A stretch of 64,000 nt of DNA, taken from positions 99,505-163,504 of the forward strand of contig CAJTMH010000004.1 of NCBI GenBank assembly GCA_910577255.1. The letters are read 5' to 3'. Origin of the DNA: an uncultured Duncaniella sp. (lineage in GTDB: Bacteria > Bacteroidota > Bacteroidia > Bacteroidales > Muribaculaceae). This document shows positions 19,360-29,434 of the stretch, one piece after another (the stretch's first letter is position 1; the number at the start of each line of letters is the position of its first letter). Below the pieces are notes generated by a model that saw only the letters and a program-made list of their open reading frames with translations, had not been told where the DNA came from and did not search any database. A program made the translations under genes and the position numbers.

Positions 19360-20580
19360 ATGCGATTCATCAACCTTCTAAAAATAGCACTGCGCGCGCT
19401 CAACAACAATAAGCTCCGCTGCTTCCTGACCATGCTCGGCATCATTATTGGCGTGGCATCGGTCATCACCATGCTCGCCATAGGACAGGGGTCGAAAAAC
19501 AGCATCAAAGCCCAGATCTCAGAGATGGGCTCCAACATGCTCATGATCCACCCCGGCACCGGGCAGCGAGGCGGAGTGAGACAGAGCGCCGATGACATGC
19601 AGACACTTAAGGTGGAGGACTACGAAACCCTCCGCGACAATGCCAAATACATAACGGCTATCTCACCACAAGTCAGCAGCTCAGGTCAGTTTATAAACGG
19701 CAACAACAACTATCCGTCGTCGCTCTCAGGCATTACCCCTGATTACCTCGACATCCGCAAACTCAAAGTGAAGTCGGGAGAGATGTTCACCGACCATGAC
19801 ATTGCCACAGCAGCCAAAGTCTGTGTCCTCGGACAGACCGTGGTCGATAATCTTTTCCCAAATGGTGAAAACCCCATTGGGAAGGTTGTGCGATTCAACA
19901 AAATCCCGCTGACTGTCATCGGAGTCCTTGAGGAGAAAGGCACCAACTCCATGGGCCAGGACCAGGACGACGTGGTGCTTGCCCCCTACACCACAGTCAT
20001 GAAACGCGTTCTTGCCATAGACTATATACAAGGATTATTTGCCAGTGCCATCGACGAGAACCTCAGCGAGGAAGCATCCGACGAAATCACTGCCATCCTG
20101 CGCTCCAACCACAAGCTTAAAGACGACGCCGACAACGACTTCAACATACGCTCGCAGCAGGAACTCAGCGAGATGATGAGCTCCACCTCCGACATGATGA
20201 CCGTGCTGCTTGCATGCATAGCCGGCATATCACTTTTGGTAGGAGGCATCGGCATCATGAACATCATGTATGTGTCAGTCACCGAACGCACACGCGAAAT
20301 AGGGCTCCGCATGTCAATCGGGGCACGCGGCATCGACATCCTGTCGCAATTTCTCATCGAGGCTGTAATCATAAGCGTGACAGGCGGCATCATCGGCATC
20401 ATAATGGGAATCATCGCTTCCTGGCTTGTCAATGTCATAGCACAGTGGCCCATTTACATCCAGATTTATTCGGTGGTGCTCTCGTTTGTGGTCTGCACTG
20501 TCACCGGAATATTCTTCGGATGGTATCCGGCTCGCAAAGCCGCTAATCTTGACCCCATCGAAGCCATCCGCTACGAATAA
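19360..20580 (+). CDS. ABC transporter permease (MacB periplasmic domain plus FtsX-like TM domain)
   Basis: 406 aa. N-terminal TM, large periplasmic domain and C-terminal FtsX-type helices. Confidence 0.9.
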   Translation: MRFINLLKIALRALNNNKLRCFLTMLGIIIGVASVITMLAIGQGSKNSIKAQISEMGSNMLMIHPGTGQRGGVRQSADDMQTLKVEDYETLRDNAKYITAISPQVSSSGQFINGNNNYPSSLSGITPDYLDIRKLKVKSGEMFTDHDIATAAKVCVLGQTVVDNLFPNGENPIGKVVRFNKIPLTVIGVLEEKGTNSMGQDQDDVVLAPYTTVMKRVLAIDYIQGLFASAIDENLSEEASDEITAILRSNHKLKDDADNDFNIRSQQELSEMMSSTSDMMTVLLACIAGISLLVGGIGIMNIMYVSVTERTREIGLRMSIGARGIDILSQFLIEAVIISVTGGIIGIIMGIIASWLVNVIAQWPIYIQIYSVVLSFVVCTVTGIFFGWYPARKAANLDPIEAIRYE

Positions 20581-20690
20581 AGTCGACACACCTCTTACCT
20601 CACCCCTGCATCGAGCACCTTACTACTTCGCTCAGTGCGGGGGTGTGGCTTATTATATAGTAGCGGTAAGTCAACGGATGGAGTAGGTAC

Positions 20691-20757
20691 AAAAAAAATT
20701 GATTGTCTCACGACAACCAACCTTAGTTAACCTTAAATCTAATACCATGAAAAACAC
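20691..20757 (-). ncRNA. putative small RNA, paralog B (5' end approximate)
   Basis: Minus strand has -33 TTTG (20792-20789), a 19-nt spacer and -7 TACCTTTG (20769-20762). The core GTGTTTTTCATGGTATTAGATT is followed by hairpin TTGGTTGTC/GACAATCAA, whose G-U pair forms only on the minus strand, then T8. Confidence 0.4.
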
Positions 20758-21024
20758 GCTACAAAGGTAAAGGCTTTTTTTCGCTCCACAAAACATTTTG
20801 CTACAAAATTCACTTTGTTTTAACATTATTTTTAGCATCGTGGTCAAAAATTGGACATTTCAATAAATTTTTGGCGGTTTTCAAGGCTTTTTGTAGCATT
20901 TTGCTACTTCAGCATATCATTATCACGTTTTATTGCATTATGCCTCATTAATATTTATTAACACATAGTAATTACATGAATTTCAACCCATTACATAAAA
21001 CTTGCGAAAACCATCATTTTTTCG

Positions 21025-21032
21025 TATCTTTG
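21025..21032 (+). promoter_or_regulatory. -7 promoter box (TATCTTTG) for parC
   Basis: TAnnTTTG 65 nt upstream of the ATG at 21097. Confidence 0.35.
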
Positions 21033-21096
21033 CGTGAAGAAGGCATCACATCCTTGAGAGCCTGTAACCTGAAGAACGGAGAAAACTGACCCACAA

Positions 21097-23844
21097 ATGA
21101 GCGAGGAGATTAACGATATCAACGACCCCCTGGAAGAGGAGGAGATGGCCAACGACGAACAGTCAATCGTCAAGCCTGAAAAATTCGATCCGAAGATCAT
21201 CGTCGACACCAGCAACGACGTGGTGCGCCATCAACTGCGCGGCATGTACCAGAGCTGGTTTCTCGACTATGCAAGCTATGTGATCCTGGAGCGAGCCGTA
21301 CCGCATATCGATGACGGACTCAAACCGGTGCAACGACGCATACTCCACTCCATGAAGCTCCTCGACGACGGTCGATTCAACAAAGTAGCCAACATCGTGG
21401 GTAACACTATGCAGTTTCACCCCCACGGCGACGCCTCAATCTATGAGGCGCTCGTGCAGCTCGGACAAAAGGAACTGCTCGTTGAGACGCAAGGCAACTG
21501 GGGCAACATCCTGACAGGTGCCGGCGCCGCTGCCGGCCGTTACATCGAGGCTCGTCTCTCACAATTCGCCCTCGACGTGGTCTACAACCCGAAAGTGACC
21601 GAATGGACACTCAGCTACGACGGACGAAAAAAGGAGCCGGTAACCCTACCCATCAAATTCCCGCTGCTCCTGTCGCAGGGTGTCGAAGGCATAGCCGTAG
21701 GTCTATCCTCCAAGATTCTCCCTCATAATTTCAATGAAATCATCGACGCGGCCATCGCCCACCTGAAAGGGGAGGAATTCACACTCTATCCCGACTTTTT
21801 CACCGGCGGCGCCATCGATGTGTCGCGCTACAACGACGGAGAACGCGGCGGAGCCGTGAAGATTAGAGCCAAGATAGAAAAGGTCGACAACAAGACCCTC
21901 GCAATCACCGAAATCCCCTACGGCAAAACCACCGCCACCCTCATCGACTCGATACTCAAGGCATTCGAGAGCGGAAAAATCAAGATCCGCAAAGTCGACG
22001 ACAACACCGCCGAGCATGCCAACATCCTCGTCCACCTGCTCCCCGGCACTTCGAGCGACCGCACCATCGACGCACTTTATGCCTTCACCGACTGCGAGAT
22101 TTCCGTCTCGCCCAACTGCTGCGTCATCTCCGACAACAAGCCTCATTTCATCGGGGTTAGCGACGTGCTCCGACACAATGTGGAGGGCACACGCACCATT
22201 CTTGGCCGCGAGCTCCAGATACAGCTTGACGAGGTGCGCGAGCAACTCCACTTCGCCACCCTCGAGCGCATTTTCATCGAGAAGCGAATCTACAAGGACA
22301 AGGGTTATGAAGAAAGTGAAAACCGCCAGGCCGCCATCGACCATATCCGAGGCCGTCTTGACAAATGGAAAAAACTCTTCATCCGTGAAGTCACCGACGA
22401 GGACATCATACGGCTTTTCGAAATCAAGATGGGACGCATCCTTAAGTTCAACGCCGACAAGTGCGATGAACAGATCGCCGCATTCAACGCGCGCATCGAG
22501 GAGCTGAACCACCATCTGGCACATCTCACCGACTACACCATCCGCTGGTATGAACGCCTCAAGGAAAAATACGGGGCAGCATTCCCGCGAATGACCACCA
22601 TACGCAATTTCGACAATATCCAGGCTGCCACAGTGGCCGAAGCCAACGAACGCCTTTACCACAACAGCGCCGAGGGCTTCATAGGCACAGGCCTTAAGAA
22701 GGATGACAACACCGAGTGCATAGGCAACTGCTCGTCAATCGACGACGTTATCGTGTTCTACAACGATGGCCGCTACAAAGTGGTCCGTGTACAGGAAAAA
22801 TTATTCATCGGCAAGAACGTGCGCCACGTTGCCGTGTTCAAGCGCAACGACACCCGCACCGTCTACAATGTAATCTACCAGAACGGCAAAGGTGGCACCT
22901 ACTATATGAAGCGCTTCTCAGTCACCGGTATCACGCGCGACAAGGAGTACAACCTCACACCCGGCGAACCGGGCACACGCATCTGCTGGTTCACCGCCAA
23001 CTCCAACGGCGAGGCCGAGGTGGTGAAAGTGACCCTCAAACCCAAACTGCGTCTCAAAACCCTCCAGATCGACGTGGACTTCTCGGAACTCGCCATCAAG
23101 GGACGCGGAGCGATGGGCAACATCGTCACCCGCAACGAAGTACACCGCTTCTCGCTGAAACGCGAAGGTGGCTCGACCCTCGGCGGACGCGACGTGTGGT
23201 TCGACCCCGACGTGATGCGCCTCAACTATGACGGACGCGGTGACTATCTCGGAGAGTTCAACAGCGGCGACCTCGTGCTCGTCATCACAAAGAACGGCGA
23301 GTACTACACTTCATCGTTCGACGCCTCCAACCACTACCCCGAAAATCTCATGCGCATCGAGAAGTTCGATCCACATAAAGTGTGGACCGCCATTCTCGAC
23401 GATGCCGACCAGAAATATCCCTATATCAAGCGCTTCTCCTTCGAGGCATCCTCGAAACCACAGCGATTCATCGGCGACAATGACAAGTCACACCTACTCC
23501 TGCTCAGCGATCAGCCCGGCCTGAGAGTGGAAGTGACATTTGGGGGCGCAGATGCGGTGCGACCACCGCTCGAGGTAATAGCTCGCGAGTTCATCGGAGT
23601 CAAATCATTCAAAGCCAAAGGCAAACGCCTCACAACATTCAAGATCGCCGACATAACCGAACTCGAACCTGTAGCCACCGGCGATGAGCCGGAAGCCTCA
23701 CAGAGCGACGACTCGACCGACACTCCGGATGACAATTCAGGCACCTCCGGAGAGCCACAAAATGCCTCACCGCAACCCGACGACGACAAGAGCGACGACG
23801 AAATCCGCGACGAAATCACCGGGCAGCAACGCCTGTTCACCTGA
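21097..23844 (+). CDS. parC: DNA topoisomerase IV subunit A
   Basis: Type IIA subunit A motifs (QRRILH, HPHGDASIYEAL, GRYIEARL). 915 aa with an acidic tail. ParC rather than GyrA is inferred from motif variants. Confidence 0.8.
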   Translation: MSEEINDINDPLEEEEMANDEQSIVKPEKFDPKIIVDTSNDVVRHQLRGMYQSWFLDYASYVILERAVPHIDDGLKPVQRRILHSMKLLDDGRFNKVANIVGNTMQFHPHGDASIYEALVQLGQKELLVETQGNWGNILTGAGAAAGRYIEARLSQFALDVVYNPKVTEWTLSYDGRKKEPVTLPIKFPLLLSQGVEGIAVGLSSKILPHNFNEIIDAAIAHLKGEEFTLYPDFFTGGAIDVSRYNDGERGGAVKIRAKIEKVDNKTLAITEIPYGKTTATLIDSILKAFESGKIKIRKVDDNTAEHANILVHLLPGTSSDRTIDALYAFTDCEISVSPNCCVISDNKPHFIGVSDVLRHNVEGTRTILGRELQIQLDEVREQLHFATLERIFIEKRIYKDKGYEESENRQAAIDHIRGRLDKWKKLFIREVTDEDIIRLFEIKMGRILKFNADKCDEQIAAFNARIEELNHHLAHLTDYTIRWYERLKEKYGAAFPRMTTIRNFDNIQAATVAEANERLYHNSAEGFIGTGLKKDDNTECIGNCSSIDDVIVFYNDGRYKVVRVQEKLFIGKNVRHVAVFKRNDTRTVYNVIYQNGKGGTYYMKRFSVTGITRDKEYNLTPGEPGTRICWFTANSNGEAEVVKVTLKPKLRLKTLQIDVDFSELAIKGRGAMGNIVTRNEVHRFSLKREGGSTLGGRDVWFDPDVMRLNYDGRGDYLGEFNSGDLVLVITKNGEYYTSSFDASNHYPENLMRIEKFDPHKVWTAILDDADQKYPYIKRFSFEASSKPQRFIGDNDKSHLLLLSDQPGLRVEVTFGGADAVRPPLEVIAREFIGVKSFKAKGKRLTTFKIADITELEPVATGDEPEASQSDDSTDTPDDNSGTSGEPQNASPQPDDDKSDDEIRDEITGQQRLFT

Positions 23845-23880
23845 CATCACACACATCAACCTCTCCTCCACCCCACAAGG

Positions 23881-24750
23881 ATGAAACACACCCTCATACT
23901 CACAATTGCACTGGCGGCATGGGCCCTCCTGACCCAAGCCGCCCATGCAAGCGAGCCGGCCGATACCACCCCTCCCCCTCTCAGGCCGGTATTTGCCGCC
24001 TACACCTTCGAGGCGGGAAGTTCACACCTTACCGACACATACCTTACTCCACTCAAATACACCGGGTGGCATGCCGGACTGGACTACATGCGCTACCAGG
24101 CCATGAAATTTTCCCCCGAAAAGTGGACCATGCGCCTGCACGCCAACCTGGGGCTTGACCGCACACAAAACCCATCGGGCAACGCCACCATGTGGGCCCT
24201 CATGTTTGACTTCGACTGGGGCATGATGCGACGTTTCAATCCGGCCCGGGGACTCACCCTTGCCGTAGGAGGCTCGACATCCATCCAAGCAGGATGCCTC
24301 TACAACTCGCGCAACGGCAACAATCCCGCCTCAGCCAAAGGAGCATGGACCGTCAACCTGACCGGCTACGCGGCTTACCGCCTAAACATCGGGCGCCTGC
24401 CGGTGACATTCATGTACCAGCCCACACTTCCGGTCACTGGTATATTCTTCGCCCCCGATTACGGCGAATTATACTATGAGATATACCTCGGCGACCATTC
24501 GGGACTCGTCCATGGAGCATGGTGGGGCAATTATTTCAGCCTCGACAACCTGCTCACAGCCGACCTGCACTTCGGAGCCACAAACCTGCGTCTCGGCTAC
24601 CGCTGCAAGGTGTTCTCCTCCGAAATCAACCACATCACCACCAACATCCTCACCAACTCACTGGTAATCGGCGTGAGCGGCGAATGGCTCTCTGTCAACC
24701 CCCGCAGACTCCCTTCATCCGAAGCCAAGCTCATACAGGCCATTTACTAA
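23881..24750 (+). CDS. putative outer-membrane beta-barrel protein, function unknown
   Basis: Signal peptide MKHTLILTIALAAWALLTQAAHA, alternating beta-strand-like pattern, C-terminal aromatic residue (..QAIY). Confidence 0.5.
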   Translation: MKHTLILTIALAAWALLTQAAHASEPADTTPPPLRPVFAAYTFEAGSSHLTDTYLTPLKYTGWHAGLDYMRYQAMKFSPEKWTMRLHANLGLDRTQNPSGNATMWALMFDFDWGMMRRFNPARGLTLAVGGSTSIQAGCLYNSRNGNNPASAKGAWTVNLTGYAAYRLNIGRLPVTFMYQPTLPVTGIFFAPDYGELYYEIYLGDHSGLVHGAWWGNYFSLDNLLTADLHFGATNLRLGYRCKVFSSEINHITTNILTNSLVIGVSGEWLSVNPRRLPSSEAKLIQAIY

Positions 24751-24785
24751 CAACTCCCGGCTGTGCCAAACCACCACCGAACATC

Positions 24786-25814
24786 ATGAACAGGAAAATC
24801 ACCATCATACTCGTCGCAGTAATGGCCTTGATGGCCACATCATGCCGCGACGTGCCGGAATATGGCAACGACTCAATGGGCAATTTCGAAGCCCTTTGGA
24901 CCATAATTGACCAGCATTACTGTTTCTTCGAGGAAAAGGATATCGACTGGGACGCCATCCACGATAAATATGCCCGGCGCATCGGCCCGGAGATGACCCG
25001 CGAGGAACTCTTCGTGGTCTGCGCCGACATGCTCGACGAGCTACGTGACGGCCACGTAAACCTATCATCGTCGTTCAACACCTCCTACTACCGCAGTTGG
25101 TGGAGCGACTACCCACAGAATTTCTCCCTCCGCCTCATCGAGGAATCGTATTTCAACTTCAACTACCGACAGAGCAGCGGCATGATCTATGATTATCTAA
25201 GCGAGAACATCGGCTACATCTACTACGGCTCATTCAGCAGCATAGTGGGCGAAGGCAACCTTGACCAAGCCTTATATTTCCTGCGCGGGGCCCAAGGCCT
25301 CATAATCGATGTCCGCGACAACGGAGGCGGCAACCTCACCAACGTGGAGACATTCGTTGCCCGGTTCATCAAGGAGCCTACCCTCGTGGGCTATATCTCC
25401 CACAAGACAGGCCCTGGGCACTCCGACTTCTCAGAGCCCCAACCCATCACCTACAAACCGGCCCAGGAAGGCCGCATACGCTGGGGCAAACCTATCATCG
25501 TACTCGCCAACCGCTCAACATTCTCAGCCGCCAACAACTTTGTCGCCACAATGAAAAATCTCCCCGGAGTACGCATAGTCGGCGCGACTACCGGAGGAGG
25601 TAGCGGCATGCCATTCTCATCCGAGATTCCATGCGGATGGTCAGTGAGATTCTCGGCATGCTCGATGCTGGACGCCAATGGCGAAAGCACAGAGTCGGGG
25701 GTACAACCCAGTGAGGGGTGCGCCATCGACCTCGACCCTCTCGACGCCATCGCAGGCCATGACACTATACTCGACTTTGCCATAGCGCTCATGCAGCAGG
25801 AAATAGCTAATTAG
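24786..25814 (+). CDS. S41-family peptidase lipoprotein
   Basis: Start set at MNRKITIILVAVMALMATSC (lipobox). DVRDNGGGN and FSAANNF/GGGSGMP segments are typical of S41 peptidases. Confidence 0.8.
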   Translation: MNRKITIILVAVMALMATSCRDVPEYGNDSMGNFEALWTIIDQHYCFFEEKDIDWDAIHDKYARRIGPEMTREELFVVCADMLDELRDGHVNLSSSFNTSYYRSWWSDYPQNFSLRLIEESYFNFNYRQSSGMIYDYLSENIGYIYYGSFSSIVGEGNLDQALYFLRGAQGLIIDVRDNGGGNLTNVETFVARFIKEPTLVGYISHKTGPGHSDFSEPQPITYKPAQEGRIRWGKPIIVLANRSTFSAANNFVATMKNLPGVRIVGATTGGGSGMPFSSEIPCGWSVRFSACSMLDANGESTESGVQPSEGCAIDLDPLDAIAGHDTILDFAIALMQQEIAN

Positions 25815-25934
25815 CAATTAAGCAACACATTAAATCCTAAACTGGACTCTTACCGCACCCCGGTCCCGTCGCCCCAAAAGCGTCATGGCCGGGGTGCTGA
25901 GCATATAGCTACCAATCCTTAAAATAAGTTAAAT

Positions 25935-25963
25935 TATAGTACTTGGTATTGCATAGTACTATA
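25935..25963. promoter_or_regulatory. candidate PadR operator (9-bp inverted repeat)
   Basis: TATAGTACT-N11-AGTACTATA, immediately upstream of a -7 box TACCTTTG (25972-25979) and the padR ATG (26021). Confidence 0.3.
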
Positions 25964-26020
25964 AAACCACATACCTTTGCAACGTGAACGGACAACTATC
26001 CACCGTCACCCATACACAAA

Positions 26021-26440
26021 ATGAACATAGACAATCTAAAATCACAGATGCGCAAAGGGATGCTTGAATTCTGCGTGCTGCTACTTCTGAAGCGTGGGGA
26101 CGCCTATGCCTCGGAGATGATAGCCCGACTGAAAGAAGCGCATCTTATCGTAATGGAGGGCACACTTTATCCACTCCTCACCCGCCTGAAAAACGACGGA
26201 CTCCTCTCCTACCGCTGGGAAGAGTCGACCCAAGGGCCACCGCGAAAATACTACTCCATCACCGAGCTCGGACTGCAGTTTTTGCAGCAGCTCCAGGAGT
26301 CTTGGAACGAGATAGCCCGATCGGTCACTCTCCTGCAGGACGAAAACACCTCAATATCCATAACACAAATCATCAACGAAGAAACAATCACCAACCCCGC
26401 TGACGCCGACAACGACTCAGACCAAAACATCGCATTATGA
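26021..26440 (+). CDS. PadR-family transcriptional regulator
   Basis: Winged-helix segment FCVLLLLKRGDAYASEMIARLKE...EGTLYPLLTRLKNDGLL is typical of PadR. Confidence 0.85.
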   Translation: MNIDNLKSQMRKGMLEFCVLLLLKRGDAYASEMIARLKEAHLIVMEGTLYPLLTRLKNDGLLSYRWEESTQGPPRKYYSITELGLQFLQQLQESWNEIARSVTLLQDENTSISITQIINEETITNPADADNDSDQNIAL

Positions 26441-27546
26441 AAAAGACTTTTCCTGTCAACATCAACGGCAAAATATTCTACATCGACGAAGACGCTTATT
26501 CACTCCTCCAGAGCTATCTATCACAGCTTCGCGCCACATTCCCCGGCGAAGAGGGTTCAGAAATCGTCACCGATATCGAAAGCCGCATATCCGAACTCTT
26601 TGACGAGCGCATAGCCTTAGGGGCCAACGTGATAGTCATCGACGATGTCCGTCTCGTGATAGAGACTATGGGCCGTCCCGAAGAACTCTCGGAAGAGAGC
26701 AGCTATGACGACCCGACCACTCAGCAGGCCACCAACGACGGCACTGTTCCCCCGGCCACCCCTGGTTCATTCCCTCCCCCACCCCCAATCCATAAGCGCC
26801 TCTACCGCGACGTACGCCACAAAGTGTTCGGCGGCGTGATAGCAGGTCTGGGACAATATCTCGGCTGGGACGTGACCGTGATGCGCATCTTCGCCGTCGT
26901 CATCACCCTCTGCACCTACTTCTGGCCATGTGTCATCATCTACCTCATAGCATGGATGATTATCCCGGTGGCGCGCACACCACGCCAGATTCTTGAAATG
27001 CAAGGCCAGCCGGTCACACTCGACAACGTCGGGCAGACTGTCATCAACAACGCCAATCCCCCGACGGCCCCCATCCCCAACGAAAGCAATTCAAGTTTCA
27101 GCAACTTTCTCAACACCTTCTTTTCTGTAGCAGCCAAAGGGATTCTCGGGTTCATTGGATTCTTCTCAGGCATCTGCGCCGTAGTCATGGCCATATTCTC
27201 CCTTGTGATCATCGCAGGCATTTGCACCTACTACTTCGCCGGCAACTATGGACTGCTCGACGCAATGGACCTCTTCGACACCGCTTCGCCCTATCTCGAA
27301 TCATGGGGAATAGTATGTGTGCTGCTCGCCGTCTTTATCCCGGCATTCGCCCTCTCATGGGCAGGGTGCGCAGTCCTCTTCAAAGTGCGCGGGGCATCAG
27401 CTCCTATGGTCCTCACTGCCATCATCTTTGAAATCATATTCATAATCGCAGCTGCAGTTCTCCTCAACCTCAACGACGCATCCGAAACCATCTCCTACAT
27501 CGTCGCCGCCGGTCCTGCCACCATAATCCCTCCCATGCTCAGCTGA
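26437..27546 (+). CDS. PspC-domain membrane protein
   Basis: LYRDVRHKVFGGVIAGLGQYLGWDVTVMRIFAVV is a PspC domain. The start overlaps the padR stop by 4 nt. Confidence 0.8.
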   Translation: MKKTFPVNINGKIFYIDEDAYSLLQSYLSQLRATFPGEEGSEIVTDIESRISELFDERIALGANVIVIDDVRLVIETMGRPEELSEESSYDDPTTQQATNDGTVPPATPGSFPPPPPIHKRLYRDVRHKVFGGVIAGLGQYLGWDVTVMRIFAVVITLCTYFWPCVIIYLIAWMIIPVARTPRQILEMQGQPVTLDNVGQTVINNANPPTAPIPNESNSSFSNFLNTFFSVAAKGILGFIGFFSGICAVVMAIFSLVIIAGICTYYFAGNYGLLDAMDLFDTASPYLESWGIVCVLLAVFIPAFALSWAGCAVLFKVRGASAPMVLTAIIFEIIFIIAAAVLLNLNDASETISYIVAAGPATIIPPMLS

Positions 27547-27843
27547 CCGTCACACATTAATTTATAAATAGATAACGAAATATCCATAAGGCATAAATCA
27601 CATTCGACACACAAATCCATAAACAAACAGAAAATCACACAATTCACATTCTGACACACCTGCTGAAATCCCGGGGACGCCACAAACCGCCCCGGGATTA
27701 CACATCTCCACAGATTGCTTGGCTGACAGTCCGACCACATCCCCGATCAAACGAGTTAAATGTTAAATTTTAACATTCGGGATTTGCTTTTGTGGTTTTT
27801 TATCTGTATTTTCGCTTTCTCAACCTTTAAGAATCGTCGGACA

Positions 27844-28785
27844 ATGAATCTCATAGAGGAATTTCTCGGATATCTGCGGCTTGAGCTCAACTACTCCGCC
27901 CTGACGGTCGACGCATATCGCCTCGACCTCACCCAGTGGGCAGAGTTTGCCACCGACCGCCATCCAGAGGAACTCTCCCCGATGGACATCACCACCTCCG
28001 ACCTCAGGCAGTGGATAGGCTCCCTGGCCCGCAAAGGGTGCACACCCCGCACCATCCGACGCAAAAGCTCCGCTTTAAGGGCATTTTTCAGATATCTGAT
28101 GCGCAATCACGGTCTAACATCCAATCCCGCCTCCGAACTGACACTCACCAAGACCGCGAAGACCCTTCCGGTCTACATCCGCCCCAACGAGACTGCGGCG
28201 ATTCTCGACGAAATGGATTCAACACCCTCCGCCGATTTCTCCGACACACGCGACCGCCTGATCCTTGAGATGTTCTATGCCACCGGCATGCGATGCCAGG
28301 AGCTCATAGACCTCCTTGACATCAATGTCGACACCACCCGACGTGAACTAAAGGTGCATGGAAAACGTAATAAAGAAAGAATAATTCCATTTGCCGGCGA
28401 GCTGGCCGAAGCCATTGACCACTACCGCACAGTGCGCGACAGCAACCCGGCCACAGCAATCTCCTCTCGCGACAGAGAGGCACGGTTTTTCGTCAGGAAA
28501 AACGGCGAGCCGATCTACCGCAAACTGGCCTACAAAGTGGTGCACGAAGCCCTCGCGCTCGGAGGAGCACATGCTTCGCGCCTGAGCCCCCACGTGCTCC
28601 GCCACTCGTTCGCCACCGACATGCTTAACAACGGCGCTTCAATAAGCTCCGTCCAGCAACTGCTTGGTCATGCGTCACTTGCATCAACACAAGTGTACAC
28701 CCACATAACCTACAGGGAACTTAAACACAATTACCAACTCGCACACCCTCGTGCATTAAAAAAAGGAGGAAAACATGGAAATTAA
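27844..28785 (+). CDS. tyrosine recombinase, XerC/XerD-like
   Basis: Start set at MNLIEEFLGYLRLE. Catalytic region HVLRHSFATDML...GHASLASTQVYTH. Confidence 0.85.
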   Translation: MNLIEEFLGYLRLELNYSALTVDAYRLDLTQWAEFATDRHPEELSPMDITTSDLRQWIGSLARKGCTPRTIRRKSSALRAFFRYLMRNHGLTSNPASELTLTKTAKTLPVYIRPNETAAILDEMDSTPSADFSDTRDRLILEMFYATGMRCQELIDLLDINVDTTRRELKVHGKRNKERIIPFAGELAEAIDHYRTVRDSNPATAISSRDREARFFVRKNGEPIYRKLAYKVVHEALALGGAHASRLSPHVLRHSFATDMLNNGASISSVQQLLGHASLASTQVYTHITYRELKHNYQLAHPRALKKGGKHGN

Positions 28786-29068
28786 CATCAAAGCCGTTCA
28801 CTTCGACATTACTGAAAAGCTCACCGCCTTCATCAACAAAAAAATCGAAAAACTGGTGCGCCGACATCCGTCAGTGATGGACGCTGACATTTCCCTCAAA
28901 GTGGTAAAGCCCGAGACAGCCATGAACAAACAGGCCATCGTGAAAATTAACGTTCCCGAGCAGCCCGACCTCGTGGCCGACAAGACAGCCGACTCTTTTG
29001 AGGAAGCCATCGACCTCTGCCTCGAAGCACTCGACAAGCAGCTCGAAAAAGTGAAAAACAAGAAATAA
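28775..29068 (+). CDS. hpf: ribosome hibernation promoting factor (short HPF/RaiA)
   Basis: 97 aa, MEINIKAVHFDITEKLTAFINKKIEKL..., typical sigma-54-modulation/HPF fold sequence. Confidence 0.85.
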   Translation: MEINIKAVHFDITEKLTAFINKKIEKLVRRHPSVMDADISLKVVKPETAMNKQAIVKINVPEQPDLVADKTADSFEEAIDLCLEALDKQLEKVKNKK

Positions 29069-29115
29069 CTCAACGAAACCATAAACGTCAATAAGAAGGC
29101 ATAAGCCTCAGCATA

Positions 29116-29158
29116 GCGCCGCGTCCCAAGATAGGGACGCGGCGCTTGATTTTAGTGT
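29116..29158 (+). terminator. rho-independent terminator after hpf
   Basis: GC-rich 12-bp stem GCGCCGCGTCCC/GGGACGCGGCGC with loop AAGATA, followed by TTGATTTT. Confidence 0.55.
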
Positions 29159-29383
29159 CGAAAAAGCCTCGATTTGTTAATCGGAATAGACATTAAAATA
29201 CAATAATTAACCTATTTTCACAATGCAATCAAAGTGTGAAATCTGATTGATGAATTTTAGGTTATTTTCACACTAAAACGTAAACCTTCGATTATCAGCA
29301 CTTTACCAACTCCGTTTTAACAACATTTTAAACGTTTCACATTTTTTGGCTTGGCCTGATTTTTTCAAACGGCTCAAAATGAC

Positions 29384-29391
29384 TATCTTTG
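29384..29391 (+). promoter_or_regulatory. -7 promoter box (TATCTTTG) for ndk
   Basis: TAnnTTTG 44 nt upstream of the ATG at 29435. Confidence 0.35.
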
Positions 29392-29434
29392 AAGTATCGG
29401 AATTATTTATGTAAAAATTCGTTAAATTCAAACG

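Noticed and set aside
21703-22662. 319-aa minus-strand ORF
   Set aside because: It is antisense to parC, whose + frame carries unmistakable type IIA topoisomerase motifs.
24519-24785. N-terminal extension of the S41 peptidase ORF
   Set aside because: It overlaps the preceding gene (to 24750) in another frame and has a Pro/Arg/His-rich junk composition. A lipoprotein signal starts at 24786.
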